A stretch of 64,000 nucleotides of DNA from Vampirovibrionaceae bacterium NZW_1234 (GTDB lineage Bacteria > Cyanobacteriota > Vampirovibrionia > Vampirovibrionales > JAGQHJ01), in NCBI GenBank assembly GCA_041697335.1, contig JBGUGD010000015.1:64001-128000 (forward strand), given 5' to 3'. The position numbers and the translations under genes were made by a program. Position 1 is the first letter of the stretch. Each line of letters begins with the position of its first letter. The notes beneath the pieces were generated by a model that searched no databases, had not been told where the DNA came from, and saw only the letters and a program-made list of their open reading frames with translations. Below are positions 50,322-60,323 of this stretch, piece by piece.

Positions 50322-50341
50322 CGCAAAAGTCTCTTGCGACC

Positions 50342-50692
50342 TTAATGAACCCGATTTTTGAGCTTCCAGTAAGCTTCGAGGACGGTCTGAACCACTTGGT
50401 TTGCATTCGTCATTCGGTGCAAGGTAAACACTGGCTTTGTCTCTGGAGGATAAGCCTTATTCAGCTCAAACCCAAGATAGTTGGGTTCCGTTGTTGATTG
50501 ACCGACCATATCATCAGCATAGAATACGGTTAACGTGTCCCTGTCATTACCATCGACAGCCAGCATCCTCTCTGCACGGGCCAGACCGTCTTTGACAGCC
50601 GGATTAAACTTCGCCCGTTCCTTACGGGTCATTTCATGATCATCCCAAACCAAACGGGTCCCAAACAATGGTGCTGATGACGAAATTCGCAT
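50342..50692 (-). CDS. hypothetical protein with short FG leader (MRISSSAPLFG)
   Basis: AAAGGA RBS before the ATG at 50692. Confidence 0.65.
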   Translation of the reverse strand: MRISSSAPLFGTRLVWDDHEMTRKERAKFNPAVKDGLARAERMLAVDGNDRDTLTVFYADDMVGQSTTEPNYLGFELNKAYPPETKPVFTLHRMTNANQVVQTVLEAYWKLKNRVH

Positions 50693-50924
50693 ACGCCCCA
50701 AGTCCTTTCTCTGAAACAGTAACTTGCCCCTCACGGCAATACGATGCATTAGGGCTTATTGTATTTATCCCATTCCCGGAACGCAAGTAAAAAAACACCC
50801 GATCGGCCTTCTGGAATTTATGGGTTCCTGGCAAATTCATAAATTCTGTCGATGCCCACAATACCTCAGCATACGGTACCATAAGGATAGCTCAGGATGG
50901 TCCAACCCTGGAGTGGAATCTTAA

Positions 50925-51686
50925 ATGCATTTCAGCCCTAAAAACGTGTGTTACCTAGGCATCACCATGGCTCTCATACTGTTGACCGTCATGCCGGTAG
51001 TCGCAGAAAGCCCAAAAACACGTATTCTTGCGCCGACAATCAGGGCTCCTTTACCTCCGTTACCCCCACTACCGGTAGAGACCGACCAACCATCAGCCCA
51101 ACCCCAACCTGTAACCCAGCCCACAGCATCTTCGCTCGAACCAAAGCCGTCTTCAACGTGTGTCGATTTACGTCAACCCATTCGGGAAGTCCTCCAGCAG
51201 GCAACACCCATTCATCTCACCCGTCGGACACCGCCACAACAGGAATATCATTTACGCATGAATATCGTTCAGGCAGCGCTATCGCAGGTTGGACTGAATA
51301 AGCGAGAACACCGAGAATATATCAATAGCACCTTTAGCCGGGGTCGAGATCAGGCGTGGTGCGCAGATTTTGCCTCAACCATCCTGAATTGGGTCCTGGG
51401 GCCAGGGCCACACTTCTCATTGGCCCATGACTTCTATCAATGGGCCCGAAGCGTGGGTAAGTTTACCGCCTCGCCTCAGCCAGGGGATTTGATTTTATTT
51501 AGCTATTCCGGTTGCCATATTGATCACATCGCCTTTGTCCATCGACTGCTACCCAACGGCAGCATTACCACCATTGGGGGCAACGAGGGGCCGGACAAAG
51601 GCGGTACGGGAGGTGGCGGCCAGGTTCAGGAATCCACCTACCCGGTCACGTATCCTTATATCGTTGGCTTTGTAAGTCCGCTTTAG
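50925..51686 (+). CDS. secreted CHAP-domain cysteine hydrolase
   Basis: Signal peptide, Pro-rich linker, AWCADF, PGDLILF, DHIAFV, TIGGN. Confidence 0.85.
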   Translation: MHFSPKNVCYLGITMALILLTVMPVVAESPKTRILAPTIRAPLPPLPPLPVETDQPSAQPQPVTQPTASSLEPKPSSTCVDLRQPIREVLQQATPIHLTRRTPPQQEYHLRMNIVQAALSQVGLNKREHREYINSTFSRGRDQAWCADFASTILNWVLGPGPHFSLAHDFYQWARSVGKFTASPQPGDLILFSYSGCHIDHIAFVHRLLPNGSITTIGGNEGPDKGGTGGGGQVQESTYPVTYPYIVGFVSPL

Positions 51687-52102
51687 GCAGACAGATCCAA
51701 TTTTGCAGCGGTCGTCTTTTTTGCGAGATAATCATCCCGTTCCCGATTCATCAAGTCACGGGTGGGCTTGTCCACTTCCGGTTGCAAGCGATTAATAATT
51801 TTCTGGCCCGCTTCATCCCCGTGCTGTTCAAACAACCCTTTGACCCATTCGCCAATTTTGTTGTGATTGTTTTGCAGGAAACCGGGTACAGCCTGGATGA
51901 ACACCGACTCATAATGACGATTCAAAAACCATTTTGACAACTGCGGCTCACCCGCCTTGGGATCATACGGCTCATCATCGTCCTCGTCGTCCTCATCAAC
52001 CGGTTTGGCTGGCTTGGCTTGTGCCGCAAACTTCACCTGAGACTGTGGTGCAGGCTGACGAACAGGGCCTCGAAATGCCGCATTGGAAACAGCAAACATC
52101 AT
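51683..52102 (-). CDS. hypothetical protein with leader (VKFA) and acidic tract
   Basis: GGGGAG RBS; DEDDEDDDE. Confidence 0.7.
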   Translation of the reverse strand: MMFAVSNAAFRGPVRQPAPQSQVKFAAQAKPAKPVDEDDEDDDEPYDPKAGEPQLSKWFLNRHYESVFIQAVPGFLQNNHNKIGEWVKGLFEQHGDEAGQKIINRLQPEVDKPTRDLMNRERDDYLAKKTTAAKLDLSA

Positions 52103-52309
52103 CGTAAATATACTCCCCAAAATTACTCACTCCAATTTAGGTTTCAAATTTACCACAAACAATCTCATTGACAAGCCCTTTGCCCTTCAGGGCAATTTAT
52201 AAAGCGCAATATTTTCAGGGGTAAAACGCAATTTTATACAGAGGTTAGACTTGATTGCGTCAGTGACTAACACCCATAGATCACGTAGGACACAAAGCAG
52301 GTGCGCGCG

Positions 52310-53299
52310 ATGCGAATTTGCTCTCTACCTCCCTTCAAACCGTCTTCATCTAACACAACTCGCTTCGGATGGCATAAACGGCAACCACCCCAAGGTTGGC
52401 GCTTTGAACTGTCATCGGATCACTTTGCCAACCCGGAGACATTAACCTTAAAACCCGAGGTGATTCAGCGCATTGCGGGCACCCTCATTCGAGACACCCT
52501 GGAAAAGCCCGGCTTTGCCTTTATTCCCAACCTTCATCAGTTCACAAATTCGGCTGAAGCTGCATGGCAGTTTCAAAAGACATTGCTTCACGATGTTTAT
52601 CGAATCGCCGAGAAGGCATGGGGACTAGACACTGTCGAGTACCGGCTCGGTGACGTGGTGATTGTTGATCGGGATGCCCAAGGCACAGTAGGCAATCGCG
52701 GAGGCAAGGGAATTTCATCTCTCCACTGGGATGGTGGCATCGACCAGCTGGTCTCATTTCTGTATCAAACCCGAAATCTGCGGGGCGGACTGCCAATGGT
52801 AGGCGATGTCATTCAATACCTTGTCGACAACCATCACACCGCCGGCCTGAGAACCTTGAGTGATTCCGATCCGCGTTATGTCCTCAGGGCTGAATCCCTC
52901 TTGAAAGAGCCTCATCCACGTCCCTCACAATCCAAAACACCGGGATTATTATCCCGCCTGGCCCGGTTCAAAAATCCGGTCCACCCGCTGCAACCCTACC
53001 ATTGGATCATTGATGATCCAGCATTTAGCCAATCGGCCTTTCCCATGGTCATTGTCAACAACCGACGTGAAGACGGTTTGACACACACCGGGACGGCAGT
53101 GAAAAAGCAGGACGAAAATCAACCTGCTGCTCGCGTGTTACGCCAGGTCTTTATTCAAACCGACTTGATCCCTGATCAGAAAATTATTCTGGTCGGGCCC
53201 CCGCCCAATGCACTGGAAAAAACGTTAGTGCCGGAATCCTTAAGCCATAACTTTGACGACCTTCCCGATCAGGCGACTGAACACCATCGCAAGGAATAA
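52310..53299 (+). CDS. hypothetical protein with RFG leader; possible 2OG-Fe(II)/TauD-like fold
   Basis: TTRFG; LHWDG (HxD) and VIVNNR...TH. Confidence 0.6.
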   Translation: MRICSLPPFKPSSSNTTRFGWHKRQPPQGWRFELSSDHFANPETLTLKPEVIQRIAGTLIRDTLEKPGFAFIPNLHQFTNSAEAAWQFQKTLLHDVYRIAEKAWGLDTVEYRLGDVVIVDRDAQGTVGNRGGKGISSLHWDGGIDQLVSFLYQTRNLRGGLPMVGDVIQYLVDNHHTAGLRTLSDSDPRYVLRAESLLKEPHPRPSQSKTPGLLSRLARFKNPVHPLQPYHWIIDDPAFSQSAFPMVIVNNRREDGLTHTGTAVKKQDENQPAARVLRQVFIQTDLIPDQKIILVGPPPNALEKTLVPESLSHNFDDLPDQATEHHRKE

Positions 53300-53503
53300 T
53301 TTTTTTGTTGCCTTCCTCTTGACAACGCATGTATCTGCGGTAATAATGAAGACCCTCGTTTAAACTTAGATTGCAAAGAGATTTGCCCCTCCCATGAAAT
53401 TTACCGTAATCAACGTAACTGCAATGATGATGTGCCCGATGCTCCGCCAGGAGGATCGGAACGAGTTGCGCTGTTAAAACCACGGTAACCCCAATAAAGC
53501 GAC

Positions 53504-53550
53504 AGCAAACCGCCGACCTCCCCCACTGAGGTCGGCGGTTTGCTTTTGTC
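53504..53550 (+). terminator. strong terminator closing a short orphan transcript
   Basis: 17-bp perfect stem 53504-53520/53528-53544 with T-rich tail. Confidence 0.75.
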
Positions 53551-53609
53551 CTCATCTTGTCCCTCTACACTATGTTGTCCACTGCTTTCCCAAAAAAAGG
53601 TTCAAGCCC

Positions 53610-54899
53610 ATGTCCACCCCCACTCCACAGCTAGCACCCCCAGCCCACCAGAGGCCCCGCTTTGGCGGTATCTTCGGCAAGGAAGCCATCCAGGGCCTGA
53701 TTGTGGATACCTTAGGCATCCTGGGTCCAAAACTGGTCGTTGCTCGGGGAAGCTTGAACCGCACCGAAGAATGGGTGCTCGAGGGGTTGGAAGACATTGT
53801 GTTCTACTTTACCGTGCCCGCTGTGGGGCTCTACGGCTTTTCCAAGCTTTTCCAGTCTCAACTAAAAACGCTGGGCACCAAAATTTCCTCGGTGGCCTTG
53901 GGGAAAGCCCTGCCCCCGGCGTTATTGAAAAATCGTTTTGTGTTGGGAGCCAAAACGGGAACCCTGCTGGCCACCATTGCGGTGGCCGCAGGGATGGAAT
54001 TTCTGGTGCCTCATGTGCGCAATTTCATTACTGCCAAAGCCTACAATGCCAAAAATTTTACGGCGGTGGCCAATCTGGAAGCCGCCCGCTCCACGGTCAA
54101 AGCCGGTGAGTCTGATCCTGTGGAGAAAGCCAAATCCCGGATTTTACCCGTTGCTCTCAGTGTGGCCGGTCTCGTCGGATTGGCCTTCTGCTTACCCAAA
54201 CTGGTGGCCAAAAGCAGCGCCTGGCAGAAAGCGGCCCAGACCTTTACCAAATACGTAGATTTTGGCTCCAGCAGCCCCTTTGATATGTCCAAACCCATTC
54301 TGGCCATTTTGGCACTCGTCGGACTAGGCGGCTACTTGGATGCCACCCGGGATAAACTCGAATTAAAAGAAGTCGCAACCCGTGTGGCACTTTTTACCAT
54401 TCCCTATTATTTGTTTGGGAAGGAATTGGCCGGAAACCTTCTGGGACGATTGATCCAAAACCAGCATGTCAAACTCAACGGCAAATCGGTGGCCATTAAA
54501 AGCCTTGTCCCTTTTATTAATCCCAAGCTGCCCAAATCATCGTTCCTAGATTTCAACCAACTGGTCAGCAATACCCATGTGGTTCAGACCCTGGATAAAT
54601 TAAAACTCCCCGCCAGTGTCAAATCAGCCATTGTGGGCAAACATACCTTTATTGGCTACGCCCGGTTTATTTTAAGTGCCCTGGTTGTCGGCGTTGTGGC
54701 AAATCTAGTGGCTTTTCATCAGACCAAGCAACGCCATCAGGAGGCTCAAAAAGCCAACGCCACAAAAGAAAGTCACACCAATTTTACCTTCCAACCCATT
54801 CTGGCAGATCCGTTAAAAGGCCCTCATCAACATCTCCCCTTTGTATACCCCACTCACGCCAACCAGCCTGCGTTTGCCAGAACCTCTTTCCGAATCTAA
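53610..54899 (+). CDS. multi-pass membrane protein with RFGG leader
   Basis: Several hydrophobic segments; MSTPTPQLAPPAHQRPRFGG. Confidence 0.75.
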   Translation: MSTPTPQLAPPAHQRPRFGGIFGKEAIQGLIVDTLGILGPKLVVARGSLNRTEEWVLEGLEDIVFYFTVPAVGLYGFSKLFQSQLKTLGTKISSVALGKALPPALLKNRFVLGAKTGTLLATIAVAAGMEFLVPHVRNFITAKAYNAKNFTAVANLEAARSTVKAGESDPVEKAKSRILPVALSVAGLVGLAFCLPKLVAKSSAWQKAAQTFTKYVDFGSSSPFDMSKPILAILALVGLGGYLDATRDKLELKEVATRVALFTIPYYLFGKELAGNLLGRLIQNQHVKLNGKSVAIKSLVPFINPKLPKSSFLDFNQLVSNTHVVQTLDKLKLPASVKSAIVGKHTFIGYARFILSALVVGVVANLVAFHQTKQRHQEAQKANATKESHTNFTFQPILADPLKGPHQHLPFVYPTHANQPAFARTSFRI

Positions 54900-54977
54900 T
54901 GCCGTCATGACATCAAGCTATCCTTCATGCAGACGCGTTTGCCCCCGACGCCCCGTTTGAACATCAATACACCCTTT

Positions 54978-55032
54978 GTAACGATTCAGACATAACCTAT
55001 CACAACAAAAGCTAAAGATTGTTTTTATATTT
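54978..55032 (+). promoter_or_regulatory. conserved upstream element, copy 2
   Basis: GTAACGATT-N11-TATCA-N11-AAAGATTGTTTTTATATTT. Confidence 0.7.
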
Positions 55033-55068
55033 TTGAAGAGAGTAAGGAAATAGAAGAGGTGATTTCAC

Positions 55069-55320
55069 ATGAGTTGGATTTTAAGTTTTTCATCGCCAAA
55101 CCCCATGAATGCAGGGCCTGCCCCTGCTAGTGAGCCTGCAGGGATGGCGAATACTGAGCCGTTCCCGGAATTTCCCGATTTTAACAATCCACCCAATGGT
55201 TTACCTGTGCCGCCGGTGTTTGACATGGGTCAGGAGACTTATCAGCCCAACTATCAGTTTAACCTCCTGATGCCGGTTGATCGCCAACAGCTTTGGAGCC
55301 TTCGCCCAGTCTTTGCCTAA
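55069..55320 (+). CDS. small Pro-rich protein paralogous to the N-terminus of the next gene
   Basis: SFSSPNPM.AG...EP.GMA shared; GAGGTG RBS. Confidence 0.6.
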   Translation: MSWILSFSSPNPMNAGPAPASEPAGMANTEPFPEFPDFNNPPNGLPVPPVFDMGQETYQPNYQFNLLMPVDRQQLWSLRPVFA

Positions 55321-55351
55321 AGAGCTTGTTTTGAAATCATTTCAACCGACT

Positions 55352-55406
55352 GTAACGATTTTGACAAGATGTATCACAACAAAATCCTAATATTGTTTTT
55401 ATATTT
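55352..55406 (+). promoter_or_regulatory. conserved upstream element, copy 3
   Basis: GTAACGATT-N11-TATCA-N11-TAATATTGTTTTTATATTT. Confidence 0.7.
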
Positions 55407-55515
55407 TTAGAGTAGTTATCCATCGTACTTGGTCTCGCACAGCCCCGCCCATCATCTGGCGGTCGGCTTCACGTGCCAAATTGATGAGTTAGGAATAAGA
55501 AAGAGGTACACCCGC

Positions 55516-56697
55516 ATGGATGTTGCATCAAATTTTACGAGTTTTTCATCGCCAAATCCAATGATTGCAGGCCTACCTCCTGCCCGCCCAACCCCTGAGC
55601 CTCCGGGCATGGCCATTGGATTAATCGCACCTGATCCGGATCCCATGCCGATGGGCCTTCCTGCCCCGCCTTGGGGATGGCCAAGCCCACCTACGTTCCC
55701 ACCTCCACCCTCTTTCCCCCCCATTCCGGAGCCCCCGATTTCATACCCGCCCATTCCGCAACCCCCCAAGCCACCCATGCCCCCGAAGCCGCCAATCCCC
55801 CCTATTGGCCCGCCAGGTGGCACCATCCAAAACGGCCAGTTTATTCCTTCTTTTGAATTGTGCTTGGCCGTCCAGCGGGAAAAAGATCCCAAAAAGCGTG
55901 CCTTACTTGTTGAAAAAGCCATCTTTGGTGCAGATATTCCCAATGATGCCAATAAAAAGCGTGAAGCCATCAACAAGCTCTTCGGTATCAACATCAAGAG
56001 CGGCCCCAATAAAAACAAGCAAGCGGCAGCGCTATTTGACAAGATTATCAATGAAACAACAACCAAACTCTTCAATGACAAGAAGTGTGGTTGCGCCCCC
56101 ATTGATTTCTCAGGCTACAAGAAAACCGCCCAAGGCATCATTAAAGTCGCCTCCCCCTTGGTACTGGATCTCAACGGCGACGGCGTGCGGATGTCCAGTC
56201 GTGAAGTCAAATTTGACGCCGATGCCGATGGCCGAAAAGATACCATCAATGACATTTCTGAAGGTGATGGCGTCTTGGTCCTTGATACCAACAAGAACGG
56301 CAAGGCCGGCGAAAACGGCCGAGAAGTTCTGGGCGACCTGACCGACCTCGATGGCGACGGCAAAGCCGATGGCTATAAAGACGGCTATGAAGCCCTGAAA
56401 GCTCTCGTGAGCAAGGCCGCTCAGCGTGGTCTGGTTAACGAGGACGACGTCCTGGATGCTACGGAGTTGGCAACCTTAGAGCGTGAATACGGTCTGAAGA
56501 TTAAGACCGGTAGCCTCAATGGCACCGCCAAATCTCTGAGCGAGGTCGGTGTCACCGAGATTCGACTGTCCTCCGGGGCCAAGTCAACTCAAACCAATTT
56601 CGACGAGCTCGGCAATGACCTGATGACTCAGGAAGGTGCTGTGGCCACCGTCAATGGCGAAACCCGCGAATATGCGGACATCTTCTTCCAAGTGTAA
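55516..56697 (+). CDS. Pro-rich protein with C-terminal FrpC-SPM-like Ca-binding domain (Ser-Pro variant)
   Basis: SPLVLDLNGDG, FDADADG, DGVLVLDTNKNG, EVLGD, DGYEAL, SLSEVGV. Confidence 0.8.
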   Translation: MDVASNFTSFSSPNPMIAGLPPARPTPEPPGMAIGLIAPDPDPMPMGLPAPPWGWPSPPTFPPPPSFPPIPEPPISYPPIPQPPKPPMPPKPPIPPIGPPGGTIQNGQFIPSFELCLAVQREKDPKKRALLVEKAIFGADIPNDANKKREAINKLFGINIKSGPNKNKQAAALFDKIINETTTKLFNDKKCGCAPIDFSGYKKTAQGIIKVASPLVLDLNGDGVRMSSREVKFDADADGRKDTINDISEGDGVLVLDTNKNGKAGENGREVLGDLTDLDGDGKADGYKDGYEALKALVSKAAQRGLVNEDDVLDATELATLEREYGLKIKTGSLNGTAKSLSEVGVTEIRLSSGAKSTQTNFDELGNDLMTQEGAVATVNGETREYADIFFQV

Positions 56698-56721
56698 TTC
56701 GCCGTTATAACCCCGATTTCA

Positions 56722-56761
56722 TGTATCCCGCTGCTCCAGACATCCAGGGCAGCGGGATACA
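56722..56761. terminator. hairpin after the SPM-like gene
   Basis: TGTATCCCGCTGC/GCAGCGGGATACA 13-bp stem; weak U-tract. Confidence 0.5.
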
Positions 56762-56879
56762 CACGTCAAGACCGCCAATTAAATTACAAGTGTAACATTT
56801 TATTGCGTCACCATGGCATTTCAGCCCTCTTATGGTTTTATAAGGGGGTGTTGGTATATCAGGGACGAGGGCTCTATCG

Positions 56880-57851
56880 ATGATTCCGGTTTCCGGATAC
56901 GCAAACCTCTGGCCAATCAAAACTCCGGGGCAAGTTCGGATGCGAAGTGAAAGCCCGGTAAAAACACCGATGACCTTATCCTCCGTTCACGCCTCAGATA
57001 AAGCCGAGGCATTGAAGCGGATCGAAGCCCTCATAAAACCCTTGGTCTATGGGGTCGATCTGGATGCACTTTTGGCTCCTGAGCAAGCATTTAAAGTACA
57101 TCCGCAAGGAGGACGCTTGTGGTTTGAAAACCTGATAACAGCGAAGCCTACCGGGACTCGGGGCTTGTGTGATGATTTGGTGGCAAGCACCCTAATGCGG
57201 CTTCAACACGATCCGGCTATTCAAAAGCACTTTGAATTCCGAGTTGCACGAGGCTCCACTCCCTCTTTTTTTCCATACACCCTAAGGCATGCCGCGCACA
57301 CGTACTTGGTGGGTATCCCCAAAACCCCTGGGGAACAAACTCGAATTCTTCAGGAATTGGAACGCTGCCCCAGAAAGATTCCCACAGGATGCCTGATCCT
57401 TGATCCAAGCCTGAAACAATTGCACTGGGTTACGCCCAATTATTATCCGGACTCTCAAACTCCCAACTACTTTATTTGTGGCGCTTTACTATCCCCAGAG
57501 CGTTTTTTAACCGAGCACAATACACCTGGTCATCAGTTTGCCTTTTATCAAAAAACCTGGGAAACCCATCCCATTTTATTGGGGGATCTGACGTCCTTCG
57601 TTCCATCCAAAGCCTCTGGCTTAGCTCCTGAAAAGCGGCGCCTCCTGTATTTCACCCTGAAGCACTTGCCCACGCAAGCACCTGAATTTTCGCTGTGGTT
57701 ACAAGAACCCAGTGGCCAGTTGAAACGCAGTCCGGCCTTAAAGCAGCTTCTCGCCCAGCCCAAACTGCCCGTGGAAACCCAGAAACTGTCCCAATTTCTG
57801 AACAGACTCATTGGTGATCTCACGCCAAGGGCAAGCAGTATCTCTGCCTAA
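56880..57851 (+). CDS. hypothetical protein with a putative Cys-His-Asp (transglutaminase/papain-like) triad
   Basis: GLCDDL...HTYLV...ILDPS. Confidence 0.6.
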   Translation: MIPVSGYANLWPIKTPGQVRMRSESPVKTPMTLSSVHASDKAEALKRIEALIKPLVYGVDLDALLAPEQAFKVHPQGGRLWFENLITAKPTGTRGLCDDLVASTLMRLQHDPAIQKHFEFRVARGSTPSFFPYTLRHAAHTYLVGIPKTPGEQTRILQELERCPRKIPTGCLILDPSLKQLHWVTPNYYPDSQTPNYFICGALLSPERFLTEHNTPGHQFAFYQKTWETHPILLGDLTSFVPSKASGLAPEKRRLLYFTLKHLPTQAPEFSLWLQEPSGQLKRSPALKQLLAQPKLPVETQKLSQFLNRLIGDLTPRASSISA

Positions 57852-58486
57852 AGAAGCCACGCAACCGTTTTCTGAAGGCCCACTGCTAAGCTTTGCCCCC
57901 GATAATGATCTGGGCCACATGCTGCTTCAAGGATTGGGAGATTGGGGTTTTATCGCTTTCAGCGAGCCAACATTGCTTAATGGCTTGCAAATGGCTCCGA
58001 GTGGTACGAACCATGACCCGATTCTGATGATGAGCAAGAACTTCGCAATCCAAGTCCGTCATAAGCTGTTTTGCCTCTGAGATCAACGTGTCAGAAGCAG
58101 TATGAAAAACAAAAATTCCTTTGACCTGTTGTCCCGTGGGGTGGGTAACTCGTTTTCGATTCATGGATCCGATATCCTAAATCCACTTTGACGTTTTTTT
58201 GGGGGTGTTGCGACCTCGTAAGGATATGATGCCTCATATTGCCTTGAAAAACACATCCAAAAGAAAAATGTCTTGCAAAATAAAACGAAGCGCCCACCCC
58301 ATCCCCCCATCAAGAGGCCCATACTGGTTTGGGGAAGATTAGAGCGCATATTCAAGATGGCTCCAATGGCTATAGGCTTGGGCAAAGCGAGACTTTATAC
58401 TATAGAGAAACGAGGGGATACATTTAATCTGGCTTCTACCGTTCTCGATCGTCTTCAGACCACCGGCCGAAACAGGAGGTTGCCTC

Positions 58487-59572
58487 ATGCCAACTCCGGT
58501 ACATCTGCTCATTGTAGAAGACTCGGACCAGGACACTCAAAACCTGGTGGAAACGCTGAGCCATGCTGGGCTTCGAGCGGATTATCAGCGGGTTGAAACG
58601 GCAGAGGACTTTAAAAAAGCCTTGCTCCAGAATTCCTGGGATGTCATCGTGTGTGATACACAACTCAGGCGCTTTAGTGAGCCAGCGGCACTGGAAGCCC
58701 TCAAGGAAAGCAAGCTGGATATTCCCTTCATCGTCATCTCCGATACACTGGATGAGCAGACCATGGTTGAAACCATGAAGGCAGGGGCAAGCAATTACAT
58801 TTCGAAAAAAAATCTGGACCAGCTGACACCCACCATTTACCGGGAAATAACAGATAGTGAGCACCGGCATGCGCGACAACAAGTCGAATGGGAGCTGGAG
58901 AAAGTTATTGAAACGTTGACTCACGATTTGCGGATTCCGCTTCTTGCCGAGCAACAAGTCCTGGAATCCGTCACCTTGGGAGGCTTTGGAGCACTGAGTG
59001 ATGACCTTCAGGCAGTCATGCAAGAGCTCCTGCAATCCAACTATTTTGAACAGCATATGCTCAATAATATCCTGGACTCGTACAAATACCGCCAGCATAA
59101 AATTACACTCAACAAGGTTCACATTGATCTCAATGCATTCTTGGAGCAATTTAGCGGCTGTGTCTTAGTGAAACCCCTGGTTCGGGAAAAAGCCGTCCAA
59201 ATTGAGCTGGATTTGGATACGGCCCTGAGCCGTGTGGATATGGATCCCCATGAAATTCAGCGTGTCATGATCAATTTAATTAAAAACGCAGCCGAGCATT
59301 CGCCCTACGGGGGAACCGTGACAATATCCACTCAACAGTACAAAACCCATGTGGCTGTCGGGGTTCGCGATCGGGGTCATGGGATTGAACCCAGCATATT
59401 GCCCTACATTTTTAAACCCTTTGCCGGGGCGTCACATAAAAAGCTACGCTCTGTCAGTGTCGGCTTAGGGCTTTATGTCTCGAAGAAAATCATCGAAGCC
59501 CATCAAGGAAAAATTGGCTTCAAAAGCACCCAGGACGAGGGTACCTGTTTTTATTTCGAACTGCCCAACTAA
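58487..59572 (+). CDS. hybrid response regulator-histidine kinase (REC-HisKA-HATPase)
   Basis: LIVED, DVIVCD, YISK; THDLRIPL; NLIKNA, DRGHGI, GLGL. Confidence 0.92.
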   Translation: MPTPVHLLIVEDSDQDTQNLVETLSHAGLRADYQRVETAEDFKKALLQNSWDVIVCDTQLRRFSEPAALEALKESKLDIPFIVISDTLDEQTMVETMKAGASNYISKKNLDQLTPTIYREITDSEHRHARQQVEWELEKVIETLTHDLRIPLLAEQQVLESVTLGGFGALSDDLQAVMQELLQSNYFEQHMLNNILDSYKYRQHKITLNKVHIDLNAFLEQFSGCVLVKPLVREKAVQIELDLDTALSRVDMDPHEIQRVMINLIKNAAEHSPYGGTVTISTQQYKTHVAVGVRDRGHGIEPSILPYIFKPFAGASHKKLRSVSVGLGLYVSKKIIEAHQGKIGFKSTQDEGTCFYFELPN

Positions 59573-59584
59573 TCCTCGTTAGGT

Positions 59585-59956
59585 TTAGGAGCGACGCCGT
59601 GCCCCTGGGGTCATCATTTCCAGGCCCTGGTCCAGGTTTTCCTCGAGACTCTGCTGGTTATCCTTCCAGGCCTTTTCCGTCAATTCCTGATAACTGGCTG
59701 TGCATTCCTGCAGGGTTTTCACATAGCTCTTCTGAAACCGCGTCATGTTATCAATCCAGGCATCGGTCCAGCGCAAGCTTTCTTCTTGCATGGTCCGTGC
59801 AAATTCATAGCCGGTTCGCATGCTGCGGCGATTAAATTCGATCACCGCATGGATGGTCCGGCGATTATTGGTCAGAACCGATCCCATGGTATCTTGGGCG
59901 CGTTGGAAGGCTTGCTCTGTGGTTCGCTCTGCTCGTGCTCTTGAACTTTCCGCCAT
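59585..59956 (-). CDS. phasin-like PHA granule protein
   Basis: Small amphipathic helical protein divergent from phaR; AAGGAG RBS; assigned mainly from context. Confidence 0.55.
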   Translation of the reverse strand: MAESSRARAERTTEQAFQRAQDTMGSVLTNNRRTIHAVIEFNRRSMRTGYEFARTMQEESLRWTDAWIDNMTRFQKSYVKTLQECTASYQELTEKAWKDNQQSLEENLDQGLEMMTPGARRRS

Positions 59957-60323
59957 TGAGACTCTCCTTCTTGTCGTCATTACTGTGGTTTAGTCCAGAT
60001 CCACCCCTTGGGTCGTTTGCGTTTGCACAAAACCACGTCGGAATTATTGAAGTACTATTTCCCAACCCGAGGCCAAATCCATCCGCCAGACGGCCAATTT
60101 CCAGGAGCAATTTCAAGCTTATTATCCCATTAGTACATTTAGTACATTTGCCCGCCGGATGAATTCACATTCAGACATTGCGGACAAAGACAAAAAAATA
60201 GGGCATCCTGTTTGTGTGCAGATGCACAAGAACCAGCCTCTGCCAAACAAGCAACCGCGAGGATAGGCCGCGTGTGAACGATGATCATCCTTATCGGTAA
60301 AGTCGTCGAGGGCTTCAGGGGAA

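Noticed and set aside
53420..53440. GCAATGATGATGTGC as a fluoride riboswitch
   Set aside because: The downstream pseudoknot partner (YTRATG..CTAC-like) is missing and no fluoride-related gene follows.
28173..58384. Exact 16-nt repeat GCTATAGGCTTGGGCA at 28173 and 58369
   Set aside because: About one 16-mer match is expected by chance in 64 kb, and the flanks do not align.
57886..58385. Short ORFs between the triad protein and the hybrid kinase
   Set aside because: Overlapping, mutually inconsistent frames with no recognisable features; not supportable as genes.
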